Below are positions 28,254 through 38,310 of a stretch of DNA of 64,000 nt, in pieces. A model generated the notes under the pieces. The model made no database searches and had not been told where the DNA came from. It saw nothing but the letters and a program-made list of their open reading frames with translations. A program made the translations under genes and the position numbers. Position 1 is the first letter of the stretch; each line of letters starts with the position of its first letter. Source of the DNA: an uncultured Mycoplasma sp. (GTDB lineage Bacteria; Bacillota_I; Bacilli_A; RF39; UBA660); assembly GCA_946500895.1 (NCBI GenBank), contig CAMMXG010000003.1, forward strand, positions 99-64,098, read 5' to 3'.

Positions 28254-29045
28254 GGTTCTAATAAGTTCGTTATTACTTATTATGTTTTGAACTATTTTAT
28301 TTTCATCTAAATCTTTAATATCAGCACCATTTATTTGAATAAAATTTTTAAATGCATTAACAGCTTCTAATAGATCTTCGTCATAAAAATAACAAGATAT
28401 ATCACCTGATATGTTGTATGCATTAATTTTTTCTTCTCCTAATGCGGGTGTATGGCCAAAAATATTTGGTTTCACTAAAGTATCATAATGATAATCTGTT
28501 AAAACAATTAAAGATGTTTGTTGACTTACTATTTTGTTGGTTATTAATCCTACTTCATAAGCACGATATACTAATTCATTATCAAGTTTATCTACTACAT
28601 CTTTTTTAGCAATAATTAATACTTTGCCATCAACAGGTATTTTTTCTCTATCACCATGAGTTGTCTCAAAAGTTACTTCATCTTCTATATGAAGTAAAAC
28701 TTGGGAATATTTTTGTTCTTCTTTATTTACTAATTTAAGTATTACTCTAATTGTTTTTTCATAATCATTAAGGTAATCTTGCGTATATTCGTATTTTTCA
28801 TTTATATGTCTTAGATTTGATTTAAAATAAAATAAAAATCGTTGCGCTATATTTGCTTTTTTTCTGATTTCTTCTGCTATTTGTTTTCTTCCTAAAGTTG
28901 TTTGTTTATATTGTTCTTCTAAAGTTATAATTTCTTGATAAACTTTTGCTAATCCAAATATATCTTCTTGGGTTAATTGTTTTATTTTTTTGATATCGTC
29001 GACATTAACATTGTCTTTTTTTAAAAATTCCATCAAACTTAGCAT
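28233..29045 (-). CDS. hypothetical protein
   Basis: 270-aa ORF with a coiled-coil-like N-terminal half. No family recognised. Confidence 0.55.
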   Translation of the reverse strand: MLSLMEFLKKDNVNVDDIKKIKQLTQEDIFGLAKVYQEIITLEEQYKQTTLGRKQIAEEIRKKANIAQRFLFYFKSNLRHINEKYEYTQDYLNDYEKTIRVILKLVNKEEQKYSQVLLHIEDEVTFETTHGDREKIPVDGKVLIIAKKDVVDKLDNELVYRAYEVGLITNKIVSQQTSLIVLTDYHYDTLVKPNIFGHTPALGEEKINAYNISGDISCYFYDEDLLEAVNAFKNFIQINGADIKDLDENKIVQNIISNNELIRTKKKNSN

Positions 29046-29070
29046 TTAAAGCCTTCTTTCGTTATAATTT

Positions 29071-29313
29071 TTATTCACCAAACATTTCAAATATTTCACT
29101 TAAGAATGATTCTCTTTTGTGAGGTTTATTTTCTTTATTTAATTTTTGATTATTTTTTTCTATTTCTTCTATTCTTGTTTCTTCTTTTTCTGTTAATTTT
29201 TCTAGTTCACCGCGGTCAAGCCATATGCCTCGACATTCTGGGCAATAATCTATTTCAATTCCTTTCTTTTCAGTCATTAATAAGGTTACATCTTTACATA
29301 CTGGACATTTCAT
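29071..29313 (-). CDS. TFIIB-type zinc-ribbon protein
   Basis: MKCPVCK...YCPECRGIWLDRGELEKL is the zf-TFIIB (DUF-type) signature. Confidence 0.7.
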   Translation of the reverse strand: MKCPVCKDVTLLMTEKKGIEIDYCPECRGIWLDRGELEKLTEKEETRIEEIEKNNQKLNKENKPHKRESFLSEIFEMFGE

Positions 29314-29363
29314 ATTTTTTCCTCCTTATTAATATTATATCAATAATGATTAAAAGAACGCAA

Positions 29364-30413
29364 TCATTTTTTATTTATAAAGAAGTGATTGAAAACATAA
29401 GCGATGAGTTTATTAAAGAGGCGACAACCAACATTGAAAATTAAGAATAATATTCCTTTTAAATAAAATATTTTTAATAGTAATTTCATAAATATAAATT
29501 TTAATTTTAGTTTTAAAATGCTTCTTTTGTATATACTATTATTCTTTTGGCTTATCGCTTTCGCACATATTTTTCCTGTATAAAGTCCATATCTTAAACC
29601 TGATAATGTTAAGGGGTCACAGGCACCAACAGCATCACCAACATAATAAATATTTTTATTTATTAAGCCCTTTCTTATCCCTATTGGTGTATATGCTCCT
29701 TTAACATTCTTTGTATTTCCTTCTATATTTAATTTTTTTAAATATTGTTTAAAAATTTTATTATAATTTAATTTTGGATTATAAACATCCGTTAGGCCTA
29801 TATTTGTAGTTCCTTTATAAGTACTTACCCAACCATAGCCATGCTTTGTTACTCCAAAATGAATTTCAATGCTATCTGGTCTGTTTGTTTTTTCTATTAA
29901 TTGCATCGCTATATTTCTCTTTTTGTTTTTTTGATATTTACTTCCATAACCAGTTGTTCCATCTGCAAAAATAAGATAATCATAAGTGTAAGTATCTTGT
30001 GTGTTTATTTTTATCCAATTTTTATTCATATTATGACGAATAATATTGGTATTTTCTAATATTACAATTCCTTTTTTCTTGGCTAACTTATAAAACTCAT
30101 AATCTAGTTCTATTCTATCGATATTTTTGTTAGTAAATAAAAACTTATTCACAATTTTTTGTTTTTCTTCGTATTTATAGAATATTTTGAAATCTTTGAT
30201 TAAACTATAATGACACTTGTTGATATTTAATCCTAAAGATTCATACTCTTTTTTAGTTTTATTTGTAATATATCCAGCACAACACTTGTATCTGGGAAAT
30301 TCTTTTTGTTCTATGACTAAGGTATCTTTTATGCCATTTTTTAAAAGATTTAAAGCAGTGGCTAAGCCTGATGGTCCAGCGCCAATAATAATTACTTCAT
30401 AGTGTTTGTTCAT
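29364..30413 (-). CDS. FAD-dependent oxidoreductase (geranylgeranyl-reductase family)
   Basis: VIIIGAGPSGLATA dinucleotide-binding motif and GDAVGACDPLTLSG motif. Confidence 0.7.
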   Translation of the reverse strand: MNKHYEVIIIGAGPSGLATALNLLKNGIKDTLVIEQKEFPRYKCCAGYITNKTKKEYESLGLNINKCHYSLIKDFKIFYKYEEKQKIVNKFLFTNKNIDRIELDYEFYKLAKKKGIVILENTNIIRHNMNKNWIKINTQDTYTYDYLIFADGTTGYGSKYQKNKKRNIAMQLIEKTNRPDSIEIHFGVTKHGYGWVSTYKGTTNIGLTDVYNPKLNYNKIFKQYLKKLNIEGNTKNVKGAYTPIGIRKGLINKNIYYVGDAVGACDPLTLSGLRYGLYTGKICAKAISQKNNSIYKRSILKLKLKFIFMKLLLKIFYLKGILFLIFNVGCRLFNKLIAYVFNHFFINKK

Positions 30414-30490
30414 ATAAATACACCTTGTTTTATATTATATCATCTATATCTTTATTTAATAAAAAAAACATATATGACTTTACACATATA

Positions 30491-31408
30491 TTATTTTAAA
30501 AATCCTTTAATAATGACTTCTTCGGCTTCTTTTTCGTTTAAGCCTAAAGTCATTAATTTTTTTAGTTGTTCGCCGGCAATTTTACCTATTGCTGCTTCAT
30601 GAATTAGATTAGCATCAATATTTTTGGCGTAAATCTCAGGAATTGCTTTTACACAACCTTTATCTTTAATAATCGCATCACATTCCACATGGGCATAGCA
30701 TTTGGTATTGCCAGTAATATTTGAGGTAAATTCTTGATAAGATGAACCTTCAGCTACACTTCTACTTGTGACATGAACACTTGAATTTTCACCATTTAGT
30801 TCAACAATAAATTCTGTTTTGGCAGTTTGTTTATCTGTTGTTAGAATTTTTTCGGATATTTCAAGAGTGGTATTGCTATCAAGATAAGCTTTGGTAATGC
30901 GTATTGTGTCATCTACTCCTTTTATTTGGATGCTATCCATTGTCATAGAGGAATTATCTTTCATGTATATTTCAGTTGTCGGATTTAGGGTCTTTTTCCC
31001 TTTACCTTTTCCCTCACCATAGTGCTTTTCGACATATTTTACTTTAGCACCTTCATCTAAATAAAAGCGATGAATACCATCATGTTCTGAATCTTTGTGT
31101 TCATCATTATGGATTCCACAGCCGGCAAAAATTATAACGTTGGCATTTTTACCGATATGAAAATCATTATAGACGACATCAGTTAAACCACTTTCAGTAA
31201 TAATAACCGGTATGTGAACAATACCAAAAAGAGTATTTTCTTTGACATAAATATCAATGCCACTTTTATCTTCTTTGGTTACAATACTAATATAATCATT
31301 TACTTTTCTTTCAATACTTTCACCATTTTTTCTGATGTTATATACTTCGGCATTCTCATTAAATGTTTCGCTAATTTCACTTAATAATTCTTTATCTGTA
31401 TTATTCAT
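30491..31408 (-). CDS. SufB/SufD-family Fe-S assembly protein
   Basis: Beta-helix-type repeat sequence and C-terminal ..HEAAIGKI..EQL.YLM.RGL..EA motif. Overlaps the upstream ATPase gene by 8 nt. Confidence 0.75.
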   Translation of the reverse strand: MNNTDKELLSEISETFNENAEVYNIRKNGESIERKVNDYISIVTKEDKSGIDIYVKENTLFGIVHIPVIITESGLTDVVYNDFHIGKNANVIIFAGCGIHNDEHKDSEHDGIHRFYLDEGAKVKYVEKHYGEGKGKGKKTLNPTTEIYMKDNSSMTMDSIQIKGVDDTIRITKAYLDSNTTLEISEKILTTDKQTAKTEFIVELNGENSSVHVTSRSVAEGSSYQEFTSNITGNTKCYAHVECDAIIKDKGCVKAIPEIYAKNIDANLIHEAAIGKIAGEQLKKLMTLGLNEKEAEEVIIKGFLK

Positions 31409-32108
31409 GGCTACCTCCTTTTGGACAATCTCTAGATAAAATGCTTGCTAACATCGTATCTTTGCATCCTACTTCTTTAATTTGCCCTGCTTCTAATAAA
31501 ATGATAGCATCGGCGATAGATAGTATTCTTTCTTGATGAGAAATCACAATGGTTGTTCCTTTTTTCTTCAGTCCAATTTCTTTAAATATTCCTGTTAAAT
31601 ATTTAAAACTCCATAAATCAATTCCGGCTTCTGGTTCATCAAAGATGGATATATTGGGATTTCTTGCAATTACACTTGCTATTTCTATTCTTTTTAATTC
31701 ACCACCAGATAAAGAATTGTTCAGTTCTCTATCAATGTATTCATTCGCGCATAATCCTACTTTGGATAAAATATCACAAGCTTCTTTTTTTTCTACCGCT
31801 TTTCCCGTAGCTATTTTAAGCAAATCATATACCGTTAATCCTTTAAAAGTTACTGGAGTCTGAAAAGCAAAACCAATTCCTAACTTAGCACGTTCATCTA
31901 CACTTAAATTCGTGATATCTTTCCCATTATAAAGGATAGTTCCACTATCGGGAGTATTAAGTCCCATAATAATTTTAGCAAGGGTTGATTTGCCACTGCC
32001 ATTAGGCCCTGTTATACAATAGAATTTATTATCATCTAATGTTAAATTTATATTATTTAAGATAATTTTGTTATCTCTTTTAAAACTAATGTTTTTTAAT
32101 TCTAACAT
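31401..32108 (-). CDS. sufC: SufC-like ABC ATPase
   Basis: Walker A GPNGSGKST, signature LSGGELKR, Walker B FDEPEAGID, H-loop ISHQ. Confidence 0.8.
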   Translation of the reverse strand: MLELKNISFKRDNKIILNNINLTLDDNKFYCITGPNGSGKSTLAKIIMGLNTPDSGTILYNGKDITNLSVDERAKLGIGFAFQTPVTFKGLTVYDLLKIATGKAVEKKEACDILSKVGLCANEYIDRELNNSLSGGELKRIEIASVIARNPNISIFDEPEAGIDLWSFKYLTGIFKEIGLKKKGTTIVISHQERILSIADAIILLEAGQIKEVGCKDTMLASILSRDCPKGGSHE

Positions 32109-32116
32109 GTTTCCTC

Positions 32117-32893
32117 CTATCCTAAAGCTACATCTAAAATCATCATTAAAACAAAACCAAATGTAACTCCTATTACGGTTAAATTTGAGTGATCACCACT
32201 TTTGGAATCTGGTATTAATTCTTCTACCACAACATAAATCATGGCACCGGCGGCAAAAGCAAGTAAGTATGGTAAAATTGGTGCAATGATAGATGCTAAA
32301 AGGATTGTTAGTATAGCTCCAATCGGTTCTACTATTCCTGATGCTACACCATATAAAAAGGCTTTATTTTTGCTTTTTCCTTCTGCTTTTAATGGCAAAG
32401 AAATGATAGCACCTTCAGGAAAATTTTGAATAGCTATCCCTATACTTAAAGCTATGGCTCCTGACAAAGTTACAATGCTATTTTCAGCTAGAACACCGGC
32501 AAAGACAACTCCTACAGCCATACCTTCCGGAACGTTATGTAATGTAACCGCCAAAACCAGTTTCGTTATCTTTGAAAGCTTACTCTTAGGTCCTTCTGAT
32601 ACACTAGCATCTTTATGTAAATGTGGTACAACATAATCTAATAGTAATAAAAATAATACTCCTAGAATGAAACCTAATGCTGCCGGTAACCAAGATATTA
32701 CGCCTTCACTTTCTGCCATGTCTATTGATGGGATTAAAAGCGACCAAATGGAGGCTGCAATCATGACTCCGGAAGCAAATCCAAGCAATAATTTTTCTAA
32801 TCTATTATTTAATTTATCTTTGATGAGATAAACACATGCTGCGCCTAAACTCGTTCCTAAAAAAGGGATCAAAATACCAAGTGCTATATTCAT
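32117..32893 (-). CDS. zupT: ZIP-family divalent-metal (zinc) transporter
   Basis: TLHNVPEGMAVG and IAIQNFPEG motifs. Start set at the ATG at 32893 with a GGAG RBS; the longer TTG start in the track actually overlaps a -35 box. Confidence 0.85.
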   Translation of the reverse strand: MNIALGILIPFLGTSLGAACVYLIKDKLNNRLEKLLLGFASGVMIAASIWSLLIPSIDMAESEGVISWLPAALGFILGVLFLLLLDYVVPHLHKDASVSEGPKSKLSKITKLVLAVTLHNVPEGMAVGVVFAGVLAENSIVTLSGAIALSIGIAIQNFPEGAIISLPLKAEGKSKNKAFLYGVASGIVEPIGAILTILLASIIAPILPYLLAFAAGAMIYVVVEELIPDSKSGDHSNLTVIGVTFGFVLMMILDVALG

Positions 32894-32921
32894 GAAAATC
32901 ACTCCATTAAACCCTAAATTA

Positions 32922-32950
32922 ATTATATTATTCCCCTCTTTAATTGTCAA
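32922..32950 (-). promoter_or_regulatory. consensus sigma70 promoter of zupT
   Basis: Minus strand reads TTGACA (32945-32950), 17 nt, TATAAT (32922-32927). Confidence 0.55.
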
Positions 32951-32965
32951 GAATATCGATTTTTA

Positions 32966-32994
32966 TTGGAATTTAACTAAGTTAGTGTTATAAT
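32966..32994 (+). promoter_or_regulatory. promoter of the 35-aa peptide gene with an embedded palindrome
   Basis: TTGGAA (32966-32971), 17-nt spacer, TGtTATAAT (32986-32994). The spacer contains the perfect palindrome TAACTAAGTTA (32974-32984). Confidence 0.45.
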
Positions 32995-33027
32995 TAGCTT
33001 TAGTCAAGGTTTATAGGAGGTGGAGAA

Positions 33028-33135
33028 TTGAAAACTTATAAAGCTAATTTACCAAAGGGTGTTAAGAAAACTTTTGCTAGAAAAAAAGGAGTTAAAGTTA
33101 GACTTATTAATAAAAATTTAAAGAAAAATAAATAA
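33028..33135 (+). CDS. 35-aa highly basic peptide (possible Cys-less bL36-like paralogue)
   Basis: TTG start 7 nt after AGGAGGTGGAG; MKTYKANLPKGVKKTFARKKGVKVRLINKNLKKNK. Has its own promoter, and a hairpin AAATAAG/CTTATTT plus T run follows it. Confidence 0.4.
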   Translation: MKTYKANLPKGVKKTFARKKGVKVRLINKNLKKNK

Positions 33136-33145
33136 GCTTTTGAAC

Positions 33146-33733
33146 TTATTTATTTTTTTTGAGTAAGTCTATAAAATAGTTACATAAGTTGTCATTGCGA
33201 GCAAGAATAGGGCCAATAATAGAGGTAGCATAAAAATTTTTATATTTAAAGCCTTCCATTAAAGTTTTGTTATTTCCTACTCCTTCATTTATATTAAATA
33301 ATATATCTTTTGTCGTACTAATTAAATATTCTGTATTTTGGAATCCTTTCATATTTCCTTTACATAAAGAAGTTGTGGCATCTACATCATGAACTTCTCT
33401 TTTTTCACAATATTCTACATCATATTTATTTAAAAATGTAAAGATACTGATGGCATTTCCGGTTGCAAGTAGAATTTTGTCATTTTCAATATAATTTTCT
33501 AGTTCTTCTTTATATGGTAACAAACGTTTTTTTACATCTTCTAAATATCTTTTACGTCCACTGCCAATATAAATGAAATCATATTTAGAAAATTCTAGCT
33601 TGTCTTCCTTATCAATTAAAACTACTTTATACTTTATATTTTCTTTATCTAAATAGTAAGTCAAAGCTTTTATATTGCCATTTTCACCATATAAAGCTAA
33701 TTCATAAGGATAAAGATGAGCGATTGTTATCAT
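33146..33733 (-). CDS. gatD: lipid II isoglutaminyl synthase, glutaminase subunit
   Basis: CobQ/GATase-like 195-aa protein overlapping murT by 4 nt. LYGENGN and nucleophile-region motifs present. Confidence 0.8.
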   Translation of the reverse strand: MITIAHLYPYELALYGENGNIKALTYYLDKENIKYKVVLIDKEDKLEFSKYDFIYIGSGRKRYLEDVKKRLLPYKEELENYIENDKILLATGNAISIFTFLNKYDVEYCEKREVHDVDATTSLCKGNMKGFQNTEYLISTTKDILFNINEGVGNNKTLMEGFKYKNFYATSIIGPILARNDNLCNYFIDLLKKNK

Positions 33734-35055
33734 AATACATCCTCCTTAAAAGTACTTTCAAAGGGTTCCATATAATCAAAATTCAAAATACCATAAACTT
33801 TTTTTGCTTCACTTTTTTCAATCTTTTCTTTTATTTCTGATAAAGAGCTAGCCATAACAATTTTTTCTTCAGGAATTCTCGATAGTAACAAACGCTTTTT
33901 GATGTTTTCCTTATCTATTCCTACGGCATATATTTTATTTAATGAATCGTTATTCAAAAGTTCAAATTCTATATCGTATAACCATGATACATCAAAGTGA
34001 TTGTATCTTCTACTAATTTCTTTCCAACCTATGACAACATCTTTTAAATCTTCATCTAAATAAGTTTTATACACACAAGCATTGTAAGTTGTTGCGTTTT
34101 CAGCTTTGCAATTTAGAGCTTTATAATGTTTGTTATTTTTAATAAATTCAATATTTTTATTATGGTTGTGATTGTTTATGCCATCAACAATTTTATTTTC
34201 TTCTAAACCTATTACCTCACTCAAGAAAGTATAGCTTACTAAAGTATTATAGGCTTGATGAAGCATATCACCACCAATACTTACTTCTTTATCATTTATT
34301 TTAATAGTACCATCCTCTAAATCCAAGTGTTCACCAATTACATCCGGTTTTTCCCACTTAAAATCACAATTCGGGCAATTATATTTACCAATTGTTTCAA
34401 AATTATAATAGTCATATTTTAATTTAGTTCCACATTTGGGGCAATAGTAAGTATTTAGGTTTTCAAATATTTGTTTCTTATAAGAATATTTGTTTTCTAA
34501 AATGCCGTAGTGAATGTTGTTATTGGGAAAATCTAATTCGAAATTTCTTAAGAAAGGTTCATCCATGGTTGTAATTATAGTCGTATCTTTGGGTAAATTC
34601 TTTTCTATTTCGCCTAAAATTATATCAACATTATACTGGCGTGGAGGCTGGTCTTTCGTTAAGTTTGTTACAATTAAATAATTAGGGTTAATCTCTTTAA
34701 ATACTTCTTTTGTATATCTTTCATCTACTTCCAGTATTAATACATCTCTTTTTATTTTACCAAAAAGATTACAATTTCTAATGCAGGCAGTGGTAACACC
34801 ATATTTTAAATTGGAACCAGCTTCATTAAAACAAATGCTATAGCCATTATCTTTTAGTACATCAGCGATTAATTTAGCAGTACTTCCTTTTCCGGAAGAG
34901 CCAGTGACAATTAACCTAATTTCAGGATATTTTAGTTTGCTTAAAATTTTTTTATCTACTTTTAAGGCTAATTTGCCTGGCAAGGAACTTCCCCGATGAA
35001 GGATTTTTCCTGCGATTAATGTTAATTTTCCAGTTATTATACTTATCACTTTCAT
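33730..35055 (-). CDS. murT: lipid II isoglutaminyl synthase, Mur-ligase-like subunit
   Basis: P-loop TGSSGKGS, Cys4 ribbon CPKCG...CPNCDF and a DUF1727-type C-terminus; this is the canonical MurT layout. Confidence 0.85.
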   Translation of the reverse strand: MKVISIITGKLTLIAGKILHRGSSLPGKLALKVDKKILSKLKYPEIRLIVTGSSGKGSTAKLIADVLKDNGYSICFNEAGSNLKYGVTTACIRNCNLFGKIKRDVLILEVDERYTKEVFKEINPNYLIVTNLTKDQPPRQYNVDIILGEIEKNLPKDTTIITTMDEPFLRNFELDFPNNNIHYGILENKYSYKKQIFENLNTYYCPKCGTKLKYDYYNFETIGKYNCPNCDFKWEKPDVIGEHLDLEDGTIKINDKEVSIGGDMLHQAYNTLVSYTFLSEVIGLEENKIVDGINNHNHNKNIEFIKNNKHYKALNCKAENATTYNACVYKTYLDEDLKDVVIGWKEISRRYNHFDVSWLYDIEFELLNNDSLNKIYAVGIDKENIKKRLLLSRIPEEKIVMASSLSEIKEKIEKSEAKKVYGILNFDYMEPFESTFKEDVL

Positions 35056-35202
35056 ATGCTCACCTATTTTTCTTATTTATAATAAATTCAACCATTATAT
35101 AATCACTTTTTCGTTTTATAAATTTTTATAGAGCGAAAAATTAAAGAATTTCGTTCTATATTTTTTTTTCAAACGATTTTTTTTGTTTTTTCGTTTTATA
35201 AA

Positions 35203-36343
35203 TTATTCAGACAAAAATATTTCAACATATTCAGAAAATACAAAAATCTGATTTCTACTATAACCTGTAGTTTCTCTAATTATATTAGCTGATTTTAGTC
35301 CGTTTATAACACCATTAACAGTTGATTCAGGCATCTCTAGCGCTTCAGATATTTTTTTACGTGTTGAATATGGTTCATCGTAAAAATAATCCATTATTTT
35401 TTTGGCATTGTCATATTTTACTTTTAAGTCTGTTATCTGATTATCGATTTTTTTAGTAAGTTCAACCACTTTTTTGAATTTTTCTTTGGCAATTTTAGCT
35501 GTTTCTATTATGCCCTCTAAAAAAAACTTTAACCATCCAATCATATCATTTTTAACTCGAACATCATTTAATTTTTGATAATATAAATCTCTATTTTTTT
35601 CAAAAAAATATGATATATACAAACATGGATTATCTAAATACTTCTTATTTTGTAAATACAAAGGAATTAATAATCTACCAATTCTTCCATTACCATCTAA
35701 AAATGGATGAATTGTTTCAAATTGATAATGAATTATAGCAATTTTTATTAAAATCGGTGTATCAATTTCGTCATTATTAATAAATAATTCTAAATCTTTT
35801 AAACAATCGGCTAAGTCCCTCTACTAGCGGAGGTACATAAGCTGCAGTGGATGGCATTGTTCCACCAATCCAATTTTGGGATGTTCTAAATTCGCCTGGG
35901 GTTTTTTTCTCACCTCTGACACCATTTAATAATATTCTATGTATATCTCTAATCAATCGGTTACATACTGGAAACCCATCATTAATTCTAGCAATACCAT
36001 AATTTGTTGCTTTAATATAATTTTGAACTTCTTCCCAATCATCTCTTTTTTCAGGATTTATATCTTGTAAATCAGACAAATCTTCTTCAATCGTAGTTTT
36101 AGAACCTTCAATTTTACTAGATTTATTTGCTTCAATTCTGACATGCATTTTGATGTATAAGTCAACATTAGGAAGTAATAATGAATATGCATTTAGTTCG
36201 CCAATTTGTCTATTTGCTTCTGCTAGTAAAGAATCTAGTTTTGTATCATCCCAACCCCAATTATAATTAATTGGACTTGGCAAAAAGGCTTTATAGCCAT
36301 TTCCTTGTTTATATTCTCCTGACTTATATTTTTCTAATTTCAT
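35203..36343 (-). pseudogene. Fic-family (AMPylase-type) protein interrupted by a 1-nt frameshift
   Basis: The N-terminal ORF (36343-35777) and the downstream frame carrying HPFLDGNGRIGRLL (35776-35203) join if one nucleotide near 35812 is removed (..VPPLVEGL|ADCLKDLELFINNDE..). Confidence 0.8.
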
Positions 36344-36406
36344 AATATACTTACTCCTAACTATGTAATTATTTTACCATTTTTCCCTATACTTTTAAAT
36401 GTTTAT

Positions 36407-36435
36407 TTGACACGAAATGTAAATTATAGTAGTAT
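36407..36435 (+). promoter_or_regulatory. candidate glmS promoter
   Basis: TTGACA (36407-36412), 17 nt, TAGTAT (36430-36435). Confidence 0.4.
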
Positions 36436-36467
36436 TTATTTATAAAGATAAAGGAAGTGAAGAAAAT

Positions 36468-38279
36468 ATGTGTGGAATTGTTGGAGTTGTTAGTAAAAGT
36501 AAAGTTGCTCACAAATTAATTAAAGGACTTAAAACATTAGAATATAGAGGGTATGACTCAGCAGGCATTGCTGTTTTACAAGACGAAAATATAACTGTTT
36601 TAAAAGACAAAGGCCAAATTGCTAACTTAGAAGCTATCATAGATTATGATTCTTTAACTGGCACTATTGGAATTGCTCATACGAGATGGGCTACTCATGG
36701 TGTGCCATCAAAAGAAAATGCTCATCCTCATATGGATCAGAATAAACATTTTGCGGTTGTTCATAATGGCATTATTGAAAACTATTTAGAACTGAAGGAT
36801 TTTTTAAAAAATAAGGGATTTTCTTTTTCGTCCCAAACAGATACGGAAGTTATTCCTGTTTTGATGGAATATTATTATCAAAAAACTGGCAATGTAATGG
36901 ATGCATTTAAAGATACTTTAAATGATTTAAAAGGGAGTTATGCGATTCTTGTTATAACACCTCTAATTCCTAATACAATCCTTGTTGCTAAGAAAAATAG
37001 TCCATTAGTACTAGGTATTGGTAATGATGGCATTTATGCGGCAAGTGATATACCAGCGATTATAGAATATACAAAAGATTTTTATTTTCTTCTAGATGAT
37101 GAAAAAGCTGTTATTGGTGATGATATTGTCTTTTATGATAAAAACTTTCAAAAAATAGATAAACAGAGCAAAACGATTGATTGGGAAATGGATGCTATCG
37201 ATAAAAATGGTTTTGAAGATTACATGTTAAAAGAAATTCATGAGCAACCAGAAGCACTGAAAAATACTTTAAATGGTATTGTATCTTTAAATAATCCTAT
37301 TAATTTTGTTAATTTTTCTTTAGATAAAAATTATTTAGAAAAATTAAAACAAATTTATATTGTTGCTTGTGGTACAGCAATGCATGCTGGTTTAGTCGGG
37401 AAATATGCGATTGAAAAATTATGTCGTATTCCCGTAAATGTAGAAGTTGCTAGCGAATTTCGTTATCAAGATCCAATACTCGATGAAAATACATTATGCA
37501 TTTTTATTAGTCAATCTGGGGAAACTGCCGATACGATTGCTGCCTTAAAACTTGCTAGAGAAAGGAAAGCTAAAACTGTTGCGGTAACAAACGTTTTTGA
37601 ATCATCAATTACCAGAGAAGCAGATCACACTTTATATACACACGCTGGGCCAGAAATTGCGGTTGCGTCTACCAAAGCATATATCTCTCAAGTAGGACTC
37701 GTTGTAGCATTAGCTATTTATATGAGTGAAATCCTTGATAAAAATACAGAACTTTGTCAAAACTTGAAAAAAGATTTAACGCTTTTACCTGATTTAATGA
37801 ATCAAGTAATAAGTAATAATCAATATTATCAGGAAATTGCTAAAAAAATGGTTAAAGAAACAGACTTATTTTATATAGGTAGAGGTAATGATTACCATAT
37901 AGCATTAGAAGGATCTCTTAAATTAAAGGAAATAAGCTATATTCATAGTGAAGCATATGCAGCCGGTGAGTTAAAACATGGTCCAATAGCATTAATAGAA
38001 AATGGTACTTTTGTAGTTGGTATTGTTACTGATCCAATTACTTCTGAAAAAACACTTAGTAACTTAGAGGAAGTAAAATCTAGAGGTGCTAATATTGTAC
38101 TTGTTACAAATCAAGATATTAAAGAGGATAATGTAATTAATATTCCTAATAATAATTCTATCATTAGTCCTATTCTTGCTATTATACCTTTACAGTTTAT
38201 TGCTTATTATATTGCTAAAGAAAAAGGTTTGGATGTTGACAAACCTCGAAACTTGGCTAAGTCAGTTACTGTAGAATAG
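36468..38279 (+). CDS. glmS: glutamine--fructose-6-phosphate aminotransferase
   Basis: MCGIVG N-terminal nucleophile, two SIS domains, C-terminal NLAKSVTVE. Confidence 0.95.
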   Translation: MCGIVGVVSKSKVAHKLIKGLKTLEYRGYDSAGIAVLQDENITVLKDKGQIANLEAIIDYDSLTGTIGIAHTRWATHGVPSKENAHPHMDQNKHFAVVHNGIIENYLELKDFLKNKGFSFSSQTDTEVIPVLMEYYYQKTGNVMDAFKDTLNDLKGSYAILVITPLIPNTILVAKKNSPLVLGIGNDGIYAASDIPAIIEYTKDFYFLLDDEKAVIGDDIVFYDKNFQKIDKQSKTIDWEMDAIDKNGFEDYMLKEIHEQPEALKNTLNGIVSLNNPINFVNFSLDKNYLEKLKQIYIVACGTAMHAGLVGKYAIEKLCRIPVNVEVASEFRYQDPILDENTLCIFISQSGETADTIAALKLARERKAKTVAVTNVFESSITREADHTLYTHAGPEIAVASTKAYISQVGLVVALAIYMSEILDKNTELCQNLKKDLTLLPDLMNQVISNNQYYQEIAKKMVKETDLFYIGRGNDYHIALEGSLKLKEISYIHSEAYAAGELKHGPIALIENGTFVVGIVTDPITSEKTLSNLEEVKSRGANIVLVTNQDIKEDNVINIPNNNSIISPILAIIPLQFIAYYIAKEKGLDVDKPRNLAKSVTVE

Positions 38280-38280
38280 A

Positions 38281-38310
38281 AAAAACGAACTAAAATTTAG
38301 TTCGTTTTTT
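38281..38310. terminator. bidirectional terminator between glmS and the convergent GT-C gene
   Basis: CGAACTAAA / TTTAGTTCG 9-bp stem flanked by A5 and T6. Confidence 0.6.

Noticed and set aside
35203-36343. Programmed +1 frameshifting as an explanation for the split Fic gene.
   Set aside because: There is no slippery sequence, rare-codon or stop context, or stimulatory structure at the shift site. A mutation or sequencing error is the simpler explanation.
36344-36467. Looked for a glmS ribozyme in the leader of glmS, as found in many Bacillota.
   Set aside because: The gap is only 124 nt and extremely AT-rich. It contains just a promoter-like TTGACA/TAGTAT pair and an RBS, and none of the GC-containing conserved ribozyme core. 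An Infernal scan would confirm this.
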